DNA of 64,000 nt from a virus. Taxonomy: Duplodnaviria > Heunggongvirae > Uroviricota > Caudoviricetes. A program made the translations under genes and the position numbers. The notes under the pieces were generated by a model. That model worked only from the letters and a program-made list of their open reading frames with translations, did no database searches and had not been told where the DNA came from. Each line of letters opens with the position of its first letter. The first letter of the stretch is position 1. The stretch lies in the IMG/VR virus record IMGVR_UViG_2526164631_000023; one strand, given 5' to 3'. Below, one piece after another: positions 8,891 to 19,000 of this stretch.

Positions 8891-10549
8891 ATGAATAAGA
8901 TTAGTTTTTCGGTAGGGCAGGCAGCTGGCGTTGCTGTAATGTCAGTAAATGCTGACGCTACCCTCACCAATACCAGCGGTGGCGCATCCGTCTTTGCTGG
9001 GCTTGTAATATCGCGTCGTGGCGCACCGGGTAAGGTACTGAAAGTTGACGATACGACTTATCAAAGCGTATTAGGTTCACCGATTCACCCTCGCCAGGGC
9101 GCGGCATTTGAACCATATCGCCACGTGGAGCGTGCAGTAAAAGGCGGCTCTGGATATGTCGTTCGAGTTTGCGCTAAAGACATGAAGGTGCCGGGTATTT
9201 CTGTTTCCGTTGTGGGCAAAGCAAAAGCGGCAAAGGCGAGCAAAGAACTTTCCGTTGAACCTACTGAAACCACAGTAAATCCAGGTGACACATTAAGCGT
9301 TGGTGTTGCTTCAACTGCAACGACTCAATCAGTGACCTTCACACCCAAAGAGACGCCCCAGATTAAAGGTGGAGAGAAGGCATTATTCTTCATCAAAGAT
9401 GGTGATGCATCTCAAAATCGCACGTTATCACTAACTCGCGATGATGAAGAAAGCGAACTCTTTACGCTGACGCTGAAAGAAAAACAAACCGATGGGTCCA
9501 TTGAGGTGCTGGAAAGCCACCAAGTGTCTTTCAATCCAGAAGGCACCAACGACATGGGCCAACCAGCATGGATTCCGACACTGCTTGAAAGCCAGTCCTC
9601 TCGCATTGGTGCCGTACTGGCAGATAATGCAGAAGCATCCGCTGCTCAACTCATTTTTGAGGATGTAGCTTTTGAAGGTGGTACTGATGGAAATCTGTCC
9701 GAAATTAACGCTGCAGACTATCTGGAAGCATTAAAGGTTCTCGAAGCTTCAGAGGTTAATTACACCGCATTGCTGTCATTGGGTTGTTATGACGCATCCG
9801 CCTTAGCCGCAATCAAAAAGCTGGCTGAAGATGTTCGCGTAGACATGTTCTATGACCTGAAGGGCAACCAGACACCTGAAAACGCTATTTCAGAAGCGAA
9901 AAGCCATAGTTTTGGCGGCTCACATCAACCAAGCCGTTACTACTTCCCGCTCTCCTGCCGAGATACCTTCACTGGGATGAATGTCGTCTATGGCATTAGT
10001 TGCGACGCATTCGTAGCAAAAGCAAAAGGGGTAGCGCTGGTACCGGATGTTGGTGGTTGGCATTACGCACCGGCAGGTATATCACGCGCGATTATTGATC
10101 GACAGAACATTGCCCGAATTCCAAATATCGGTGCAGTTGATCGTGAAGCGTTCGTTCTTGCGCGCATTAATCCGGTTTCAGTTGCTGCTGATGGGTCCGT
10201 TTACATTGACGACTCTTTAACAACTTACAGCAAAAACAACTATCTGCGATTCCAGCATGTGTCTTCCTTGATGAACGCCATCGCCAGAGATTTCTATGAA
10301 GTAGCTCAGGCGATTAAGCACGAACCGGATGGCATTACCAAAGAAACGCTAATGAAAGCAATGACTGAATTGCTTGACCGTTACGTTGCAGCCGGTGCGC
10401 TGGTTACTCCACGTGACAAGTCCCAGGGTGAAGATCCATACGTTGTTCAGGTTGTCCAAAAGGACATCGATCTGTGGGAAGTGTCCTGGTCTGTTTGTCC
10501 GACCGGTACAGCTCGCCGAATCGTCGGTAAGCCAATTCTGATGCGCTGA
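8891..10549 (+). CDS. Candidate tail sheath protein (552 aa)
   Basis: Size and position beside candidate tube gene; C-terminal ARINPVSV..SVYIDDS segment sheath-like; unverified. Confidence 0.35.
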   Translation: MNKISFSVGQAAGVAVMSVNADATLTNTSGGASVFAGLVISRRGAPGKVLKVDDTTYQSVLGSPIHPRQGAAFEPYRHVERAVKGGSGYVVRVCAKDMKVPGISVSVVGKAKAAKASKELSVEPTETTVNPGDTLSVGVASTATTQSVTFTPKETPQIKGGEKALFFIKDGDASQNRTLSLTRDDEESELFTLTLKEKQTDGSIEVLESHQVSFNPEGTNDMGQPAWIPTLLESQSSRIGAVLADNAEASAAQLIFEDVAFEGGTDGNLSEINAADYLEALKVLEASEVNYTALLSLGCYDASALAAIKKLAEDVRVDMFYDLKGNQTPENAISEAKSHSFGGSHQPSRYYFPLSCRDTFTGMNVVYGISCDAFVAKAKGVALVPDVGGWHYAPAGISRAIIDRQNIARIPNIGAVDREAFVLARINPVSVAADGSVYIDDSLTTYSKNNYLRFQHVSSLMNAIARDFYEVAQAIKHEPDGITKETLMKAMTELLDRYVAAGALVTPRDKSQGEDPYVVQVVQKDIDLWEVSWSVCPTGTARRIVGKPILMR

Positions 10550-10592
10550 TTTATAACCCCCGCTAAATGATGCGGGGGAGAGAGGTTTGAAT

Positions 10593-11327
10593 ATGAAAAA
10601 TTATACTGCTGATCCTTTTATGCGTGCGATTTTCGGTTCTGGCTGCTTTGAAAGCGGTGATAAATCCACGCAGGACAATAATGATAACGCCATGCTGGAA
10701 AGCGCAGGACAGAAAGGAAAGGACACTCAACCAAAGCCCAAAGACGACATTGAAACCGCGATGATGGAAGCGGTTGAATCCCGTGCACAAGGTGATATGC
10801 GCAGCCTGGCAGCTTCCATGCTTGCTGGTTGGGTTGAAGATGGTGATCCGGAGGCTGACTCATTTGATGCATTAGCAATCACTATGGCTGGCCTGGCTGA
10901 TATCGATGAAGACACCGATTTCACCGATGAGCAAATCGATGCTTATAATGATGCACTCGCAGCTCTTGCTGATGCAGCTGTTGCGCTTGGCGCTGATCAG
11001 GATGATGTAACCGAAATGATCGACGATGAAGATGACTCAGCTGCCGAACGTGTTTATGACGCTCTTTCCGAAAGCGACACCGACATGATGGAAACAGCTA
11101 TTGCCATTTACACCGTTGCTGGTGGTGATAGCGCAATGCTGGAAGCGGTACGTAAAAAAGTGGTTCGTGATGGCAAGGTAACCATCATCCGTAAACGCCC
11201 GCGTCCTCGCCGCATGACGTCATTGCAAAAACAGGCGCTGAAAAAAGCACGCCGCAAAGCACATACATCCGTAGCGAATATCAACCGCAAAAAATCAATG
11301 CGCATTCGCAAAAAACGCGGTTTGTAA
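10593..11327 (+). CDS. Strongly acidic protein with a basic C-terminal tail
   Basis: ATG at 10593 with SD ggagagagg; Asp/Glu-rich body and C-terminal RKRPRPRR..KKARRK..RKKSMRIRKKRGL; hairpin cccccgc/gcggggg just upstream. Confidence 0.35.
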   Translation: MKNYTADPFMRAIFGSGCFESGDKSTQDNNDNAMLESAGQKGKDTQPKPKDDIETAMMEAVESRAQGDMRSLAASMLAGWVEDGDPEADSFDALAITMAGLADIDEDTDFTDEQIDAYNDALAALADAAVALGADQDDVTEMIDDEDDSAAERVYDALSESDTDMMETAIAIYTVAGGDSAMLEAVRKKVVRDGKVTIIRKRPRPRRMTSLQKQALKKARRKAHTSVANINRKKSMRIRKKRGL

Positions 11328-11376
11328 GTGACATAGGCCGTCTGCAAAGGTGGCCTCTACCTGGGAGAAATAGCGT

Positions 11377-11967
11377 TTGATTTGCGGCGCGATAATGCCT
11401 GACGGAATAAGTCCGTTAATGAAGGTTTATATCCTCTCTTCAGAGGATATGGTCGTCGGTTATATCGGTGAAGGATCTACCGCAGAACTGTCATCAATGT
11501 GGCAATCACCATTTGAAAACCAGTCAGTAGGAGGTTTGCTTGGTGGTATTAGCGCTGCGGCTGGCTCTCTTGCAGATACGCTTCAGACCGCAACCGGCGT
11601 AACAACAAAAACCCTCTTCAACTCAATGCTTGTTTGGGAAGGTCAGCAACCGCCTGAATTTAATCTGGTAATTGATTTCATGGCGACAACGAACGCGCAA
11701 CTTGAAGTGAACGCAGCCATTACAGCATTGCTGAAGATGGAATCGCCGGAACTGAACAATGTAGCGCCATTCGGTCGTCGCCCGGAGACAGTAACGTTAA
11801 ACATAGGTAGGAACATAGCCCTTACCGACGTTGTTATCAAAAGCGTGAGTTACCAACTGGACGCCCCACGCACACCGGAAGGCTATTTCACTCATAACAC
11901 GGTAACCCTGCAATGCAGCGGAAACACCTCGATTAACCGTAGCAACATATCATCTGTTTTTGTGTAG
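11377..11967 (+). CDS. Hypothetical structural-module protein (start uncertain)
   Basis: ORF in structural block; several possible starts. Confidence 0.3.
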   Translation: MICGAIMPDGISPLMKVYILSSEDMVVGYIGEGSTAELSSMWQSPFENQSVGGLLGGISAAAGSLADTLQTATGVTTKTLFNSMLVWEGQQPPEFNLVIDFMATTNAQLEVNAAITALLKMESPELNNVAPFGRRPETVTLNIGRNIALTDVVIKSVSYQLDAPRTPEGYFTHNTVTLQCSGNTSINRSNISSVFV

Positions 11968-11975
11968 GAGTATTT

Positions 11976-12467
11976 ATGTCCGGTTTTGCAAATACAAAAG
12001 CCGATATCGCTTTTCTGAAATCCCGGTTGAACAAAAACCTGGCAGCGGGCGAAAAACTTATTGGTTCAGAATTCTGGATGACTATTAAAGGTTACGAAAA
12101 ACTATCTGTACTTGTTCGTACCACTCAGTTGCCGGAAATGACTCGCGAAGACGTGGAAGACTATGGTCCTGGCGGCATGAAGATCAACCAGCACGGGCCA
12201 TTGCGTAACTCAGGTGAATTCCAGGTTACCTGCTCTGAAACCATCGAAGGGGATGTTCTGGCCGCCGTAAAACAAATGGTATATGGCAAAGAATATCTGG
12301 AAATTACCTTACAGGCAGCGGCTGAATCCAATAGCGGTAACCATAAAGGTCTGATCCGCACATATTATCACTGCAAAGTGTATTCCGACGCAGTGGACTT
12401 CTCCACCGAAGACGTAACAGCAGTCGTTAAGCCTTCCCTGCGTATTGTTTACAACTGGGTAGAGTGA
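11976..12467 (+). CDS. Candidate tail tube protein (163 aa)
   Basis: Size and position after candidate sheath; SD aggag upstream of ATG. Confidence 0.35.
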   Translation: MSGFANTKADIAFLKSRLNKNLAAGEKLIGSEFWMTIKGYEKLSVLVRTTQLPEMTREDVEDYGPGGMKINQHGPLRNSGEFQVTCSETIEGDVLAAVKQMVYGKEYLEITLQAAAESNSGNHKGLIRTYYHCKVYSDAVDFSTEDVTAVVKPSLRIVYNWVE

Positions 12468-12519
12468 TCTCTTTCCCGCCCTTGTGGCGGGAACTCCTTG
12501 TATTTGAGTTGTAGGTACG

Positions 12520-13071
12520 ATGACACCAACCGAATTATTAGAAAGCGTTAAAGCACGATTTAATCCACTGCTTGTGCGTGAAGAAGAAACGCTGAAAGCC
12601 TTCCTGATCAAAGCTCTGACCACGTATCAGGACAGGGCAGGGGTAGTGAAAACGTTAAAACTTGAAAAAGCTGGTGGTACTGCAATCCCATTACCAGAAG
12701 ATTATCTCTCTCTGGTTCATGTTACCGACAACAATGGCCTGTTGGTCTATTCGGATGAATTATCCGGATTTATTGAATTAGAGCTAACAGGTTCAGAGCG
12801 CTGGCCTTTTCGAATGCTGTATCTGGTTAATCTACACGACAGAAAGCTGGATGAATGGCAAGTGCCTCCTGCAATCATTGGAATGCTGGAGGAATATCTA
12901 GAGGCGCTTATCAATGTAAGAAATGTCGCCCGGCAGCGTAGAGCGTCCATCGACGGGAAATTTGACTACTCCGATCTGCCCGATGAAGCCACGCTATATG
13001 CCCGCGTGCAGGAGATTGAGGAAAAAATGTCCTCAAACCGGGCCATTATTCCGGGGGCTACCATTTTTTAA
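12520..13071 (+). CDS. Hypothetical protein (183 aa)
   Basis: ORF only. Confidence 0.3.
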   Translation: MTPTELLESVKARFNPLLVREEETLKAFLIKALTTYQDRAGVVKTLKLEKAGGTAIPLPEDYLSLVHVTDNNGLLVYSDELSGFIELELTGSERWPFRMLYLVNLHDRKLDEWQVPPAIIGMLEEYLEALINVRNVARQRRASIDGKFDYSDLPDEATLYARVQEIEEKMSSNRAIIPGATIF

Positions 13072-13086
13072 CGCTGGAGGCGCAGA

Positions 13087-13794
13087 GTGAGTATTTTCAG
13101 CAGCGTTGGTAGAACGTTGACCACCGCATTGTCATTTAACACGAAATCATTCACCAGCAACCTCATTAGCGACATTCTTGATAAAGCCATATCAGGCGGC
13201 GGGGTAAGCGGGAATTACAGTAGCGATATTGCCTACGGGAAAAATATTGTTGCTGCCGCTATGCGTATCCGTTACGCCCAGGGGTGGCAGTGGACCGTTG
13301 AAGTGGATGGCCTGAACGGCTTCGATATGTTCGTGAAGGATATCACCTACAGCAGTGGAAACATTGAGACAGAAAGCAAGGTGATCGGCAGCGTAGAATT
13401 CAGCAAGCCAACCTATGTTAGCGCCGGACCGGTCACTATGACCGTGAGGGATACCGAAGATGGCAAGATCATGGACTGGTTCAAAGAGCGTCGTTCTCGT
13501 GTAACAAATCCTGATGGAACAATAAACCTTCCTCCGGAATATCTGATGAAAATCCGTGTCTACCGGGTAACTCAGGACGGCGGAAAAGAACTGGAAGAAG
13601 AAATGCGCGTATTTCCTACACAACTTGGGGAAATCACTCGCTCACGTGATCAGGTGTCAGAGTTCTTGTCATACCCAATCACTTTCCAGAAATACACATC
13701 TGCAGGCTCAGGTGTTTCTGCTTTGGTCAACGGTGCCGCTGGCATGGCTACAAGTGCGTTAAAGGGGGCTATCAGTGGAGTGATCAAATTCTGA
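13087..13794 (+). CDS. Hypothetical protein (235 aa)
   Basis: GTG start with SD ggagg; ORF only. Confidence 0.3.
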   Translation: MSIFSSVGRTLTTALSFNTKSFTSNLISDILDKAISGGGVSGNYSSDIAYGKNIVAAAMRIRYAQGWQWTVEVDGLNGFDMFVKDITYSSGNIETESKVIGSVEFSKPTYVSAGPVTMTVRDTEDGKIMDWFKERRSRVTNPDGTINLPPEYLMKIRVYRVTQDGGKELEEEMRVFPTQLGEITRSRDQVSEFLSYPITFQKYTSAGSGVSALVNGAAGMATSALKGAISGVIKF

Positions 13795-13805
13795 AATGCT
13801 TTAAT

Positions 13806-14028
13806 TATGTGTGCTGTAGGGAAAGGTTTACGTTAAATGTGTGCTGCCGGGAAACCCCATTGCTCAAGATGTGTTGTAGAGGGAATGGTAATGGCAACAT
13901 GTGTGCTGGAGGGGAATTTCGCATGTAAAGAGCGTCATTTATCCCTCCAGCACACATCTGAAATAAGCAATCCTCTGAAATTCCCTCCACCACACATCCA
14001 GACATGAAACTATCCCTTCAGCACACAT
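13806..14028. repeat. incA-like iteron array downstream of repA: ~7 RepA iterons in both orientations
   Basis: ATGTGTGCTG(t/c/g)(a/c)GGGAA copies at 13807, 13836, 13869, 13899 and reverse copies CAGCACACAT at 13948, 13989, 14020. Confidence 0.8.
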
Positions 14029-14892
14029 TTAATCTGTTGGTTTAAGTTTCGGATTCCGAGAGTGAACGATAATGAAGTTTTCACGACCTTGCTTTTCAAT
14101 GGTGCAATCGAGATAACCTATTGTTTTTAACTGGTCTATAGCTTTTTTTATCGTTCTGTTTTGCTCACTTACCGATGACATCAAGGCTAATCTTTCACGT
14201 ATTCTGGCAAATGAAATAGGTATTGGACGTGCCGGGAGGCTTTCTATAAAGGTATATATGGCCTGGGCTGCTTCTTTTTTAGGTAAAGCGCGAAGTGCGT
14301 GTTGCTGTAGAAGCACCCGATAGTCTAGCTGGAAGATTTCCCATAACTTGGAATCAGCCTCCAGTTCAACGACATCTGTTTCAAAGTCAAAATATCCCGT
14401 TTTAAGCAGGCCAGTATTGTAGCTTCCACGAGCACTTTTCCCTCTTTTGAATGAGATGCCTTTGTTGCGTAACCGACCTAAAGAATCGTGGATCGTGTTT
14501 CTTAATTTCCCATCAAGTCGCTTAGATGGAAATCCGCACGCCTTTGCAAATTCTTGAAAAGAAAGGCGAATTGTATTCGATGATAAGCCATACTTGCTAA
14601 ATGAGTAGATTACCCCAATCCAGACTTTGAAATCAGTATCCATGTCCAAGCGAGGGCCAGTGATCTTGATGTTGTCGTAGCCTTCTGCTTGAGCTATTTC
14701 CAATTTGGAAAAAACAGATGATGCATCTATCTCGTTGTTTTCACCCTGTTTTTTAGTTGGTTTAGGGACGAAAACACCAAGCCGCATAAGTGCGACAGGT
14801 TGAACAGTATTGTTCGAATTAACTGTTAATTCTTTAGCCTTGCTTTCAATGTCAGCATAAAGAATATCAGAGATAAATGACTTATCCATCAA
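14029..14892 (-). CDS. repA: Plasmid replication initiator RepA (P1 R-replicon type)
   Basis: 287 aa beginning MMDKSFISDILYADIESKAKELTVNSNNTVQPVALMRLGVFVP, closely matching P1 RepA as remembered; flanked by cognate iterons. Confidence 0.85.
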   Translation of the reverse strand: MMDKSFISDILYADIESKAKELTVNSNNTVQPVALMRLGVFVPKPTKKQGENNEIDASSVFSKLEIAQAEGYDNIKITGPRLDMDTDFKVWIGVIYSFSKYGLSSNTIRLSFQEFAKACGFPSKRLDGKLRNTIHDSLGRLRNKGISFKRGKSARGSYNTGLLKTGYFDFETDVVELEADSKLWEIFQLDYRVLLQQHALRALPKKEAAQAIYTFIESLPARPIPISFARIRERLALMSSVSEQNRTIKKAIDQLKTIGYLDCTIEKQGRENFIIVHSRNPKLKPTD

Positions 14893-14949
14893 TAAGTTAC
14901 CGTCATGTTGTGAATAAAGTTTACGACAGTGGATATCCGGCTTTTTTTC

Positions 14950-15050
14950 CCATCAGCACACATCCTACATCCCGCCAGCACACATGTAAAACCCTCCAGC
15001 ACACATATTTTTCCCGTCAGCACACATCGTTCTCCCTCCAGCACACATCT
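14950..15050. repeat. incC-like iterons: five direct CAGCACACAT-containing repeats at ~21-bp spacing upstream of repA
   Basis: Copies at about 14954, 14976, 14997, 15019 and 15039. Confidence 0.8.
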
Positions 15051-15089
15051 GAATAGTGGTTAAAGCCTTATGTGGCGCGGCCTGAAGAG

Positions 15090-15160
15090 CTACGGGATCT
15101 ATTTGGTACTATATGGATCTAATCAGGATCTATATATTGGATCTATCCTGTGGATAAAAA
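15090..15160. promoter_or_regulatory. oriR core: GATC repeats and a DnaA box
   Basis: gggATCTatttggtactatatgGATCTaatcagGATCTatatattgGATCTatcc then TGTGGATAA (reverse complement TTATCCACA) at 15149-15157. Confidence 0.65.
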
Positions 15161-15243
15161 AGAAGAATTACAAAGCTCCACCCAATTTCACACACTACCT
15201 ATCCTCCAACGAATAAACAGACATCTGCTTATCGGAGGAATAC

Positions 15244-16065
15244 TTGAACATTCCAAAATTCCCATTGCCTTCCCGTCCTGAGACAGAAATTCAGTTCCAC
15301 GCCCCTACCGTGAAGGATGCGCTGAAATATTCTGACCTGAACCCGGCAGAAGATGAGGCAACTACTACAGAGTACCTTAACTCTATGCAGGATGGTGAAA
15401 TTAACGACAGTGCTTACTGGACAGTCCAAGATCGCAGAACTGCCCTTTGGTGGATATTTGTTAATTCGCGCCCCGATGCAGTAATGACCTACTCCTATGA
15501 GTGCAGTCACTGCGGTAATACGCATCATGCAGATATTAACCTGAGCGACCTGGCCCAAACAGTAGAAATACTCACTGTACCTCCTTACGTGAAAACCAAC
15601 GTACCAGTAAATGGAGTACCAACTGACTGGATACTTAAACCATTAACCGGGAAAGGTGTGGAACTCCTTGAACGAATGCGAGCGTCACTTCCTGATATGA
15701 AAAGTCCCGAATACAGTGCTGGCGTAGCACGGATGCGAATTGCTGAACTCGCTTTATGCACGGCGCTTGAAGACGATCCGGAGGACTTCACGCAGGCCGC
15801 TAACCGACGCTTTGACATCATTGAAAGCATGGCGCTTGAAACCGAATTTACTCCGCTTGTGGCTCGCATACAGCTTATGCAAAAAGACCTACGCCACGGC
15901 CTGAAAATGTCTATTGAGAGAGGCTCAAGCCGACTGATCCTGCCTCCGCAACATTGCAAAAACGCTAAGGAGGGTGCAGATGTGACAACCACACTGTACG
16001 TCCCCTTTCTCAATAGAGAGTTTATCCCATCAATTAGATCTGAATGGATGGCTAACCATTATTAA
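15244..16065 (+). CDS. Hypothetical protein with Cys/His cluster (CSHCGNTHH)
   Basis: TTG start 6 nt after strong SD ggagg; 273 aa. Confidence 0.35.
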   Translation: MNIPKFPLPSRPETEIQFHAPTVKDALKYSDLNPAEDEATTTEYLNSMQDGEINDSAYWTVQDRRTALWWIFVNSRPDAVMTYSYECSHCGNTHHADINLSDLAQTVEILTVPPYVKTNVPVNGVPTDWILKPLTGKGVELLERMRASLPDMKSPEYSAGVARMRIAELALCTALEDDPEDFTQAANRRFDIIESMALETEFTPLVARIQLMQKDLRHGLKMSIERGSSRLILPPQHCKNAKEGADVTTTLYVPFLNREFIPSIRSEWMANHY

Positions 16066-16079
16066 CAACCTGACTCTGT

Positions 16080-19000
16080 ATGGATATCAGCCCGTTAGTG
16101 ACGTTGAACAATTGCCACAATGGCGAGCACTCCATATGTCAAAAGCCCTGGAAGAAAAATACAAAGCTCAAGCCGGGAAACGTTGTCGCCGCTGGTAAAA
16201 GAGAGGTTATTTTGAAAGAGAATAAAGACCGTATCGCAATAATTGACGCTATTCAGGGGGCGAGCACAAACGAACTTAAGGCTCTTGCTGAGATCAAAGA
16301 CGCCATTCTCTCTGGTAGAGGGTCTATAACTCAACTTGGTGAAAATCAAGGTAAAGTAAGTCAAAGACTATCCCGTAGACTCATAGCAAGCGAACCCTAT
16401 GTCTCTGGTGATGCCAAGAATACCCAACCTAACCCATATATAAAACGCCTTCCGATGAAAAAAGGGAGGAAGCAGGTCAACAACGGAGAAGAACGTCTCA
16501 TTGTTGCAACCAACACATCAGAGCGCGTTCATTTTGCGTCATCACTCCAGTCCGCCCAAAAGTTGAAAGGTTCTGTGCCAGTAGCCGCTAATTCTGCTCC
16601 TCTTGAACCACAATCCCCCCAAAGCCAAAAAGGACCGCTTCGGGATAGTAATGGACGCTTTGTATCCCAGAAAAACAACGAAGATATAGCCAGAAAAAAA
16701 GAATGGCAGAACGCACGTAAGGCCGACGCCAAACTACAAGAAGGCTTCCTCCGGAAATTAGGCTCCATTATAGGGGTAGATGGCAATCAGTCTTCCAGTG
16801 AAGAGTCTTTAACAGATGCCGCAGGTATCGGCGCTGGTGGTCCGTTGTGGATAGCTGCTCGCGGCATGTACGACATTACTAAAGAGATCACAGGTAAAGC
16901 AGAATCTCTTAAAGAATGGATAGAAAAGGGGAAAGGTGAGGCTTCATCTTCGAAAGCGACATCACCAGCTATCACTTATCCGGCGGTGGTGAATACTCAA
17001 AAAGCAACCTCTGCAACAGCATTTAATAATGCTGTTGAGACAAAATCAGCACAAGCAGTAGAAGAGCAAACAAAAATTCTTCAGACCAATGACAACAAAA
17101 TAATTGATGGTCTGGAAAATGTCTCCGACGAAGTAGTTAAGCTACGCAAATCAGTATCTTCTGGAAATAAGTTCGGCTTAAGTGATCTCTGGAGAAATCG
17201 AGCAAGCAGAAGAAATAAAATCAATATTGGCGATCAGGCTGGTAAAAATAAACGGAACAAACCGAAAAGGAAAGGTCGCAATCTGGGGAAAAAAGCCCTT
17301 TCTGTTGGTGAAAAAGCCGCTGCCGGAAGCGCTGCTGCTGGAGCTGGTGCCGGAGCTGCAAAGACTGTTAAAACAAAGGTTAGTAAAGCCAAAGACATCA
17401 GCACCACAAGCGACGCATCTAAGGGTATTGCTAAAGAAACAAAAAACACAGCAAAGGCAGTTAAGCCAGCAGGTGTTGTTGCCGAAGAGGCCACAATTAA
17501 AACAGGTGAAACTGTTGCAAAGAAAAAAACCGAATCCGTAGCCCTCAAAAGTGCTGCAAAAATAGGTGTTAAATCAGCGGCTTCTACAGCTGCAAGAGCT
17601 ATCCCGATCATCGGATCGCTGGCTATGGCGGGATATGACGCTATAGATGGTTACACTGATACAGATGCGCAAAAGGCAGCCTTTGGATTAAGTGACGATG
17701 ATGCTGTATCCGAACAGCAAAAAACGGCTTACGCAACAGCTAATGTGCTCGATATGGGGGGCTTGGTGTCGGGCACAACGAACTTGATAGGGAAAGGAAT
17801 TTCTGCGCTAGGATTTGAAAGAGCAGGTGAAAAACTTCAGAATTTTGATACCGGAGATATTGCTCGTGGTGTTAACGGCGCGGTAGATATCAACAAATCT
17901 GTTTTTGGTAGCCTTAAGGATACATTTTTATCCACTGACGAAAACACGAAACAAGTAAAAAAAGCTGTTGAAGACGGCACCAAAAAAACTGTCGATGCGA
18001 TTCATTCTCTTGGTGAACAATTACAAGGTGGGCGTAATGGCGAGGATGGAGTTGGTGAGCACGGGTATACTTCTCCAACTGAATTTAGTGCACCTGCCAA
18101 CAACACCATTGCAGCGGATCTGAATATTGGCGGCAGCAACGCTAAAAACCGCAATTACCGAAATAATAATCTCGGCAATCTTGTTTTTGCCAACCAGGAA
18201 GGGGCGACGCTGGAATCGCCAAATGTAAAAGGTGAACAACGTTTTGCGCGATTTAACACACCTGAAGAAGGGATCAGGGCACTGGCAAACCAGGTTTCCA
18301 GCTATTACAACGGCACCAGTGCCGCAGCGGGATATCAGAAGTTACAGACGGTATCCAGCATCATTTCAAAATGGGCACCGCCAAATGAGAACAATACTAA
18401 CCAATATATTGATAACGTCAGTAAATATCTTGGTGTATCGCCTAATGAAAAAATAGATGTCAGCAAACCAGAGGTTATGACGCAATTAGTTCGTGCAATT
18501 GCGACGAAAGAAGGCGGAAATCCGGCAGTTAATAATGAGTTCATTAAGAACGCACTTGGAGCATTTAACACAAACACTGGTCGATGGGAGGGACAATTCT
18601 CTGACGAAACATTGGCGCGGATTAATAAAATTCAGAAAGAAAATGGTGGTCAGCTAATTGCCCGCGATTCGCAATATAGTGTTGGTCGCAAGGTAAAATA
18701 TGCTAATGGAAAATCTCCAGCTCAACCAGTTTTGAATGCCGTTCCGACAGCAACACAACAGCCAATTGAGGTTGCACAACATGCCCAGGCAGTCAAAAAG
18801 CCACAAAAAACAGGTAACCAACCACAACCGATTAATCCAGAGAACGCTGATGTTAATACCGGCTCTCCATCGAGTTTGCTTGAGCGGTTAATCGCAATAA
18901 ATGAAAGCGGAATCAGTGGTGCAAGTAATTTATTTGGCGGCGCGGCTACCAGCCTTGCTGGAACAAGTCTGGACCTGGTAAAGGATTTTGCGTTAGCTAC

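Noticed and set aside
6702-10549. Naming head and sheath genes with P1 gene numbers
   Set aside because: Assignments rest on size and order only; the 565-aa and 552-aa proteins could be swapped or be other large virion proteins.
13805-15060. Short spaced repeats that could look like a CRISPR array
   Set aside because: ~19-bp repeats in both orientations with irregular spacing, flanking repA: plasmid iterons. No CRISPR-like array found anywhere in the window.
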